Positions 54,703 through 64,000 of a stretch of DNA of 64,000 nt are shown piece after piece. Source of the DNA: Tubiluchus corallicola (lineage: Eukaryota; Animalia; Priapulida). The number at the start of each line of letters is the position of its first letter. Within the stretch, counting starts at the first letter, position 1. Where the stretch lies: NCBI GenBank assembly GCA_030141605.1, contig JAQGDQ010000214.1, positions 1-64,000 of the forward strand. The letters are read 5' to 3'. The notes below the pieces were generated by a model. It ran no database searches. It saw only the letters and a program-made list of their open reading frames with translations, and was not told where the DNA came from. The position numbers were made by a program, and so were the translations under genes.

Positions 54703-57700
54703 GCAACCAGCGATAATTGTATTAGCAACTGAAACGAGCGACGTGCAAAAGGCAGCCTTGTTCGCTTTGAAGTTCAACATTAAAATGACGCCATATTCGT
54801 CTGGTCACTCCTACATTGGACGTTCAGCAAATGATGATGGTGTTATAATTAACTTGAGTGAGATGAAGACAGCCACAGTTTACACAAGCGACTACGAGGT
54901 GTCGCCAAAAACAGGAGCTTATGTAGTGGCGCAACCTGGTGTCACAAATTACCAGCTGCATGAAGAGGTTAGGACGTATGTTAGCCTAACTAGCCTTTGG
55001 CAATGGTGGACACCACTGTAACAATTATAACTATTAATAACAATACCTAGTCTGAAATGTAAACATTTTTTGAATTTTTAGTTATGAGTATTCTTGCAAT
55101 CTTAACACATACACTTGACAAGAAGAAACTTTGTGTATTTTTTACATGTTAGACATTGACTTCTTGAGTTTCTCACTGTCTTACTGGAACCTCGTTATGA
55201 AACTTACTACTAAGTGAAATAAAACAAATAAAACCTTTCCACAAGTTTAACAGAAATTTTATAAGATATCAATATAACAGGTTTCAACTTCCAAATCTTA
55301 TACCATTTACACAGATTCAACTTTCATCTACCCCCGCCTCTGATCTGTACAAAATGAGTAACAATACAAAATTTACGTAATGTAATCCTTGTTATGTTAA
55401 TCGTGCCATGTTAAATGTACATGGATATATAGTGCAAATGTCATGTAAGATTTAATGTAATATTGTTTTGTAAAAATATTTTAATATCGTGTTTGTAAAT
55501 ATGTCCATTTTTTGTATATAATTAAACCTCACTTTTACACTTTAGTTTTACATAGTCTGCACTGGACACATTTATCATAATGAGTGAACCATTTTAATGA
55601 CAAATAAAGAACTTATATATATACTGGCTGTAGATGCCTTTGTCTTTTTGCTGTCGCTGTTGCTGCTACTGCTGTTGTTGTTGTGTCCCTTTCATCTCTT
55701 CAATGTTTACAGGCTCACAAACACGGTATGTTGGCGGCTGGTGGCAGCTGCCCGTCTTTTCCCATGGGTGGTTTTCTGATGGGTGGTGGACACATTCCAA
55801 ACACTAGAACACTTGGATTAGGAGCTGACAACCTTCTGGGTGCCACTCTAGTCACTGCTGATGGAAGCATTGTTACAGTGAATGCAAGCATGCTAGTAAC
55901 GGAAGACAAAAGTGGGAAGGTAGGATGTGTTGAAGAAACTAAAAGTTGCTTATAATAATTAAATTCGTAAACTATTTTAGTTTAGGATTGATTATACTGC
56001 ATCTCTGTTAATCTTTATCAACCACATTTCTTGCATTTGAGAAAAAAATGCTACTATAAAAGGCAGCAAGTTTTTAATACCGATGACAGTTTTTTACTTT
56101 CTATTGTGTACTTACTAAACTCTGGTGTGTATTTTAAATCTAAATTTTCTTAAATTGTGGATTAATGTCTTAACTTCTTAATGACATTCTAAATTTTAAG
56201 TGCTTTTACGCACATTTTGTATGTAGTAATTTTTAGTATTTCTAGTTTTAGCCATTGTAAATTGTAATTGGATATTTTTATGACTTTTATGCGGAAATAA
56301 ATAGTAATCGATCGAGCGAGCACTCACTCACTCAATCACTCAGTCTGTCAGTCAGTCAGTCAGTCAACCAATCAACAAATCAGTCAGTTTTCTGGGACAA
56401 GCATGTAGCGTAGCCCACAAGTATAACATTCCATAGCAAATGTAGAAACATTTGTCACCATTCTTTAGTACTGAAGTTAAATATTCGTAAATATGAAAAT
56501 CTGAAAAAGCCATGTAGAGAACTATCGATTCGACAGAAAATTCCAGTGTAGCTAAGGCTGGAAGTTCATCAAAACATCTGCTGAGAGCCTTTGTCCAGTG
56601 TAGGTAATGTAGGAAGTTCACCAGACATCTGCAGAGAGCCATTGTCCAATGTAGCTAGAGCCATTGTCCAGTGTAGCTAAGGCTGGAAGTTCACCAAATA
56701 TCTGCAGAGAGCCATTGTCCAGTGTAGCTAAGGCTGAAAGTTCACCAAATATCTGGAGAGAGCCATTGTCCAGTGTAGCTAAGGCTGGAAGCTCACCTAC
56801 AGAGACCCATTGTCCAGTTAACGATTTGTCATAATACAGCTAAACAGGCAGTGCATTTCCAAACTCTGTGTGCCTGGAATAAAGGATCTCTTTCTTGTTT
56901 CTTTTACCACCTGTAAGCTTTTCGTATGATATTTACTACGGTAGAGTCTGTACGTGTAAAACCATATTTTTGCAAACAGCTTTTTTATCACTGAAGGTGA
57001 ATTCATCTTCAACAGAAACGTGCTATAATTGATTTGCTTCCTTTCAGGTAGAGGTAACACGTGACACTGATCTATTCTATGCCATTGGTGGAGGTGGTGG
57101 ACTGTTGGAAAGGGCCGGAAAGGGATGGGTACACGTTCATGTACTGTAACTTCTACGTCATATCTAAAGACGGCAAGGAAAACTACCATAAAGACCTGTT
57201 GACAGTCTATTTTGAGGAGGTTTTACTTTCCCTGCCACCTGAGTGGGGTAGCTACGTTCTGCTGTAACCTCCTACGTATTCCACAGAATATGGGGTGTTT
57301 AGCCAGGGAACTGTCACTTTCTTAATGTTGCATAACGGTAAGGCATCGAGAAAGGCAAAGAAAGTTTTTGATTCTCTTAAGTACATGGGAGCTAAATATC
57401 GTCCATTTCCCTGCATATTTCAAAATTATACAAGCTTTTGGGATTACCAGAAAAACGTTTCGGACATATTGAACGTTCCGCTCTACCTTGACGGTCGGTT
57501 TTCTCAGCCGGAGTTTTTTACTAGAAACTTTGCAGAAGATCTTTCCAAACTGTTCATTGATGTATCTTTGCGTGGCTAACGCTACGTATCTGTGAGTTGC
57601 ATGATGGTCCACCTGGGTGGTGCAGCCAATACAAGCAATGTTAACCAAAGCGATGCTCCAGTTGGAGTACAGTTTAGAAATGCTTTTTGGCACTCAACGT

Positions 57701-58014
57701 GTGCTGCCAACTGGTGGGAAGAACCACAAGCAGAAGCTCGAAGTGTCCGCTTCATGAACAAAGAATGGCGACCGATGATGAAGAAGTATGGGCATGGCAG
57801 TTACTACAATGAACCAAGCCGAGTTGTGGAAGACATGGCAGAGGAATTCTGGGATGACACTAAATATGAAAAGTTGTTAGAGATCAAGAAGAAGTGGGAT
57901 CCGGAGAACAGGTTCACGTGTTGGCAGTGTGTTGGTTATTCAAAAGATGGCGCGATTGCTGCTGTCCCATTACTGTCCTTGATGACGTCACTGTTGAGTC
58001 TCTTGAAACTGTAG
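54703..58014 (+). pseudogene. Berberine-bridge-enzyme-like FAD-linked oxidoreductase (FAD_binding_4 plus BBE domain), disrupted; exons 54703-54967, 55713-55919, 57048-58014
   Basis: PAIIV..DVQKA..SSGHSYIGRS, GGSCP..GGFLMGGG..LGLGADNLL, DLFYAIGGGGG, SYYNE..YEKLLEIKKKWDPENRF; frameshift near 57105, in-frame TAA at 57265 and 57577; 5' exon not found. Confidence 0.85.
56541..56817. repeat. About 51-bp intronic minisatellite
   Basis: Repeats of TGTCCAGTGTAGCTAAGGCTGGAAGTTCACCAAATATCTGCAGAGAGCCAT. Confidence 0.9.
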
Positions 58015-59827
58015 TGAAGATATGGGCTGCAGAGTAGCAAGTGATTGTGACGTCCTACATTTTTAATGTTTTCATCATTTGTTTCGTGGGTGAAGCCATA
58101 AACTATGCACTTTTTTGCTTTCCTCAGCCCGACTTTCCTTTTTTCAACACAATGAGATAAAGATAAACGAATTTTTCCTAAGAATCACCCTGGGTTTGAT
58201 TTGCGGTACAGCACCAGAGTAACTCTTTTGTGTGCATAAGTCGCTTATAAACACGACGGTTCTTAAACATTTTGCTCCAGCATTAAAACATGCAAATATT
58301 ATGAAAGAAACAGAACACTACATGTTTTCACAATAATACAATCGATATTTAGAGAAACGCCTTGTTCTTTTACAATTATCGATCTGCTAAGCCACACGAA
58401 ACCTTACACACGCCATTAAGTAACAACATTAGCTTTTTTCTAGGCAGTAAGTAGTAATTAAGTCAGCTATGATGATGTCTGACTAGACAATTTTGTTGTA
58501 GTTTGAAAACTTTTGTTAATTGTTAATAGTTCGTTAGTAATTAACAGTCATTGTTAATAACATTAACTCTAGAAGAATTTTGTGTCCTCTCACCCTTGCC
58601 CCCTGTCACTCCCACCTTGTTACGCCTCTGGATGTGGTCTAATAATTATTGTCTTTGCAGCGAGATGTTTCTGTCAAAGCAAGCGCTTGTGGCAGCACTT
58701 GAAAATGTGGTAAACTAGTTTTAGTGAAAGAAACTTTTAGAGAAAATATTTTCATTATTTCATACTGAACTTTTATTGTAAGACAGTTATTATTTCTGTT
58801 GAATATGCAAGTTACCTTAGTGTGAACTTACCTTAGCAAGAATGAACCTGGCTTAATGAATTTTTATTTTGTAGCCAAGGTGGCTCCATCTAGCTGGAAA
58901 CTTTAAAGTGTGGGCTTTGACCCAATTATTATGTTCTGTAGCATTTGAATAAACTGTCTTGTGCAAGCTAGCGAAATTTATCAGCCACAACGATGCAAGT
59001 TTATGTGTATTTAATTTTTATTTTTATTTATTCATTGATATTTTTGATTGATTAATTAGCTGTCAATCTAACTATGTACTTTTCATAAAATTAGCCAATG
59101 TCAGTCACTTTTGCTTTTCTATTTTAATATTAAATATTGCAGAAATAAACATCATTGTGTCCTCATAAAATTTCATGTGTCCTCTGTGTAATTCAGACAT
59201 CATTACCCCAGAACCTCTTTTAGGTTCGAACACCGATACATAAAAAATAAATAGAATGAATAAAACCAGTGATACCGAGCAAATATTTGAAAAACGTTCC
59301 TTTCAAGAGTTGTAAACTTACAGACCTGACAAGCAAAAATTATTAGAATAATATACAAAAGCAAAACGTTATTTTTACAATATTATATTTATTGTGATCT
59401 ATAACAGCAACAAAAACACCCCAAATAATAAACGCACGCACACTGCAGTAAAATACGGAGTATCTTCACAAAATACTATAATTATAATTAGTTTCTTTTA
59501 GAATAGCTATCGTGCTGTCTGTAAGAGGAAATGGCACTGCTATGTGAATGCGATGATGGTGGCAAAAAATTGGTGATTTCTAGTATTTTCTACAACTATT
59601 TCGCACAGCAATAACTGCTACAACTTACTCAGAAAATTTTCCGTAACTATTTATACGTAATGCTGAACCTATTCAGAAATATCTGAAGCAAAGCTAACAT
59701 AAGCAACAAACCAAACAAGCGTGTCACAGCAAAGCAAGCGATACAAGTCTGGTAATCGTGATCAATCACAAAGTTACAATAGTATATCGGCAAACCATTG
59801 CAAACTGACAAATAGCACACACTAAAA

Positions 59828-59972
59828 CATTTAATCATATTTTTGACACAAATTGTCCCAACAAAGTCACTAACATATACAGTTTTGCAACATACATTTA
59901 ATCATATTTTTCACACAAATTGTCCCAACAAAATCACTAACATATACCGTTTTTGCAACATGCATTTAATCA
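59828..59972. repeat. 2x about 67-bp tandem duplication
   Basis: CATTTAATCATATTTTT.ACACAAATTGTCCCAACAAA.TCACTAACATATAC.GTTTTGCAACAT occurs twice. Confidence 0.85.
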
Positions 59973-61663
59973 CGTGAAAACAATAAAAATTTAATATGTA
60001 AGTAAGAAAACAATTAGAGAGCAACGAGACAATATAAGCGTCTCAGAAACAAACTGATAAAGAAAAAATATTTCGTACGTGGGTAAAAAAAGTTGACGCT
60101 CACAAATACTTCCAGAAATTATACAATTGTAAGATATTCTCAGAGACATCAGCTTAGCAGCAAAAATCTTTTTACCCAGTTGAAAGGAAGATAAAAAATT
60201 GTCGGTTCTCAACTTTACTCTAGTGGAAAATTGTGCGACAATTAATGAAACTATTGCAATACAGTCAGCAAATTCAATTTCTTTTAAAATAGACGTTTAC
60301 AATTCATTTCAGATCGTAATTGATCGATTTTTTGCTAGTTTAAAACTTCACTTAATTGATCACAGCCATCGAAAGAATAAATACCAGGTCACAATATCAC
60401 TATACTCAATAAAAAGTAACAGTTTTCATCGGTATAATTATAAGCATTAGAACGAACTTGTTAGGAATTTTGTCTTACTAAACTTACAAAAGTGTTAAGC
60501 ACTGTCTATTTAATAAGTATGTACACTGCTTCAGTAAAATAAAGATCAACTGAATAGACTTATCCTCCTGTTTCTTATACAGTTTGAGAAATTTACTATC
60601 CTATATTTCAATACAGTGCTTTAAAAGAAAATAAAAAACAAATAAAGTCTATATATAAAATAAAAACAACACATCCGGCACCTGGCAACTTCACTTGTGC
60701 TAAGAAATTATCACCTTTATAACAAGAACAGAAATATTACGTTGAATTTTTAGCAGAGCACATTGTTATTTTGTTCAGCGAAGCATAGTTTGCCTGATTA
60801 GCCTGTCACAGCAGGTATTACAATTAATGCACGACTAATAAAATCTTCTGTGCATGGCTAAAATAGCCTTTTAAATAATTATTACATATACTTTAAGTGG
60901 CAACCGCAGAACAGAGAGAGAGTGTTGATCTTTGAAGTGCAATAAGTATACAAATTATATTTGCACATGTACAAAAGACAGTTATTCAGTAACGTGGAAA
61001 AAGCTAACTAGTATACATGTATACGCCTACATCAACATGATAAAAAATTTATAAGTACCTGCTGTGAAATTAGTGATCATAGATAGGTAGGGCAGTTAGC
61101 GAATAAGATAACTAATCAATAAGCTAAAATTAGGTGCAACTGAATTACAAAGCAGGCATAGTAAGCACAATTTACATGTCACAACAAACACTTAAACCAA
61201 ACACAAAACACATTTCCAGAACAGTGGCACACATGCCTAGCAATTGTTGAAGAAAAAGTGCATACTTGTTTTAACAGGTTGCTATGAATACAGTCACATT
61301 TATGTGTAGAATGTCGCAGCATGCATATTTTGCTACACTGTAACACTGCAAGTCAGTTAGCTAATAAGGTGGGCAAGTACGATATTAATTTGATATGTAC
61401 AAAACTGGCATATTTTCAAGCAGGATTCGATTTTGATTTATTTCAACAAAAATCATAAATTAAATTGAGAATAAAAATGACATAAATATGTCGATATTAT
61501 ATTACAATCTTGTTGCAGAATATCTAGGACTCCTCAATGGTTGAAAGAAACTGGTGGATTTTTCATTTTACAGAAACATAAGAACTTCATAAAAATATCA
61601 TGAGCTTTCCCCAAAACCTACCACTGAACCAATAGAGATTTTCTCATTTTACTGTATGGACTG

Positions 61664-62527
61664 CTACTGCTCTTTCTTGGCTACGATTACAGTAGCTAGA
61701 CCAACCTTTTTTCTGCGTTCTTCACACAGCTTTATGTGCTCTGGTAACTCTCCGTTTTTACTCATTTTTACAACCTTCTTCTCAATCTCAACCAGTTCCT
61801 CCGGTGAAGCCTTCGCCCACGATGACTGGTATCCCTCCCTTAAGGCGCGATTGAGCAACCGTTCGGTACTATAATAGAGCTCATCGGACGACACAAAACG
61901 CTCTTTCAATGACACAACGTGATCGATGATCTTAAAGCCGGCATTGATGATCATGCCATCAACATAATCCAGCGGCGGATATTGCTTCAGGTAAAAATTG
62001 CGTGTAGAAACAGAGAAAAAAGCATCTGCCCAGTCTAAATCCATACCCTGATGCGGACCACTTGTCAGGATGCATAAAACACCGCCGGGTTTTAAAACTT
62101 TGTGAACATTTTGCAAGGTGCTTTTCATCAAATGATAGCCGTCACCGGTGGCGTTTTCGTCGTAAAGATGATGCATGACCATGTTGGTCGTAGCTGCATC
62201 AAATGTATTCTCTGGAAATGGTAGATTGGGTAGCACCTCATGCACGCTGTTGACAATCTGACCTTTATCAAAATAATTTTTTAATTTTTCTTGAGCACAT
62301 TTCAGCATTTCACTGTTGCCATCTAGCAGCGTTACCTTGCCAACGCCGTTGTCCAAGAAAATCTTTGCGTAATTACCAGTGCCGCAGCCAATGTCCAAAA
62401 GGTGCCATTCGGATGGAGGCTTTTCCAGTTCCACGAACATGTATCCCAACTCGAGCTTAGCGCCAATGGGAAATCTGACAGTGTCATACTTTTGATGAAT
62501 GAAGTCGTAATCAGCGTAAAGACTCAT
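61664..62527 (-). CDS. Class I SAM-dependent methyltransferase (small-molecule type), 287 aa
   Basis: Motif I LLDIGCGTGNY, LLD..SEML, LPFPENTFDA, HKVLKPGG; uninterrupted ORF; splice acceptor 16 nt upstream of the ATG suggests a 5'UTR intron. Confidence 0.92.
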   Translation of the reverse strand: MSLYADYDFIHQKYDTVRFPIGAKLELGYMFVELEKPPSEWHLLDIGCGTGNYAKIFLDNGVGKVTLLDGNSEMLKCAQEKLKNYFDKGQIVNSVHEVLPNLPFPENTFDAATTNMVMHHLYDENATGDGYHLMKSTLQNVHKVLKPGGVLCILTSGPHQGMDLDWADAFFSVSTRNFYLKQYPPLDYVDGMIINAGFKIIDHVVSLKERFVSSDELYYSTERLLNRALREGYQSSWAKASPEELVEIEKKVVKMSKNGELPEHIKLCEERRKKVGLATVIVAKKEQ

Positions 62528-64000
62528 GATGCTGAATATGTAACTAAAAAAACAAAAACTTTTTAAATTTCACAGGCTTACAGATAAAATTCTTGAATAT
62601 CAGTTAATGCTGGTTAAACTGAGACTTAAGATTGGATAAATGTTTCGACTTGATCGTAGAGGTACATACAGAATATAACAACATTTGCTCAGACAGCTAG
62701 GGCGGTCAAACAGGTTCTACAAAGTTATGTCAATACCGTCAGGGTTGAATTATATTTACTATGTCAGATCCGGGGCTATACTGACAAATGCGCAGTTAAA
62801 TGTACTACCTCAAAAATGCACCTAGATGATAAACTAGAACAAGCTCAACGTAAAATTCAGCTCAGATCATTCCCTGATGTATGTACTAATGCTATTTCAT
62901 CAAAACATGGTAGTTTGTGACTATGTAGTTTTAGTAGTCCAGCAACATAATATTACCAACCAACGTTAGACAGAGTAAATGTGCCCTTGCATGACTTGCC
63001 ATACAGTTGTAATTACTTTCACAATAAGAATGCGAGCTCTCTCCAAAAAGTGGAAATTTGCCACAGTATGTTATTAAGATCAAGATCCCTACATATTGTT
63101 TTACTCGATAGGCATGATTAATTGATTACAGCGAAAATCGCTGGAAAATAACTTGGTATCATAAAGCTGTTTAACGCGACACAGTCTCATAGAAGTTTTA
63201 TGACTGGTGAGCAACTTTGTGGACACAGGGAGCGGTATTTATGACACCCGTGCCCTTGAAACTATTCCGGCCTTGACAGATTATTGTCATCGCTTACTAA
63301 ATTTCGATGTCATGCTAATTCTTTAAGAGATATGATTTTTGCGCGTCTGAGTTTTAATTCGTTGCGTTAGAGTTAGTATGCGGGGATTTTTAAAGGGTCC
63401 AGATTTTGTCCGAGTCATTCGATATCTGTAAAAGCGTATATTTAGACACCAAAATCATTATCATGTCTGCTCTGATAGCTAAGGTATAGCCCTTATAGGC
63501 TAGCAACAGCTATATTGTAGGCTATTTGGAAAATTGCGATCTACTTGGACGAATTTCGATTGACTCCATAACCATAATTAATCCTGTTTAATGAGCTCTA
63601 GCTCTGTGCACAGTTTCATTCTTTTGAATCAAAATGATCATTTCTTCGCCGTTCTGGCAGACTAAATACCCATTCAGTTTTATAAAATGGCGGTCATCTT
63701 TTTGCCATCATAATCAGCTTTTGCAGTGCTGAAATTTCGGCTTATTTTGGATATGTTTTTTTCTGGACCAAATACTACAAGAAACACAAAACGTTTTCTT
63801 ACAATTTTTGGGGTGGGACTATTTTTTTCCATTACCCTGACACTACTAAATAATTATGAGCTTTTTCCTTTGCAGGGATTAACTGTTTGAGATCCAAGCC
63901 AACTAGGTGGTTAGTTTAAACATAATTTATTGTAGGAGAGGATCAGCTAGTTAAAAAACATGATTTAGGATCCTCATCACAACAAACTATTTACACTATT

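Noticed and set aside
56541-56817. Repeat-spacer-like pattern in the oxidase intron
   Set aside because: Units are contiguous variants of one minisatellite
57265-57579. TAA reassignment or read-through in the oxidase
   Set aside because: The same exon also has a frameshift and deletion, and intact ORFs in the window contain no internal TAA; pseudogene is simpler
60199-60450. Possible hAT transposase remnant on + (FKIDVY..IVIDRF..L)
   Set aside because: Too short and degenerate to call; lies outside the co-oriented block

Overview
AT-rich eukaryotic (animal, probably invertebrate) nuclear DNA with spliceosomal introns, microsatellites and many transposon relics. The taxon cannot be fixed from sequence alone. 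Host genes: an intact 4-exon RPP21 (RNase P p21 subunit, + strand, 19799-22423), a disrupted berberine-bridge-enzyme-like FAD oxidase (+, 54703-58014) and an intact single-coding-exon class I SAM methyltransferase (-, 61664-62527). The most striking feature starts about 300 bp after the RPP21 stop: a roughly 25-kb block (22.7-48 kb) of nested transposon pieces (Gypsy, MULE, three pogo/Tigger types, Sola-like, hAT, BEL/Pao, Helitron, Penelope-like). All ten recognisable coding fragments lie on the minus strand, antisense to RPP21, which is the architecture of a flamenco-like uni-strand piRNA cluster (inference). Three nested insertions can be resolved exactly from TIRs, TSDs and restored empty-site reading frames. 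All family assignments come from motif recognition by eye; no database search was run.
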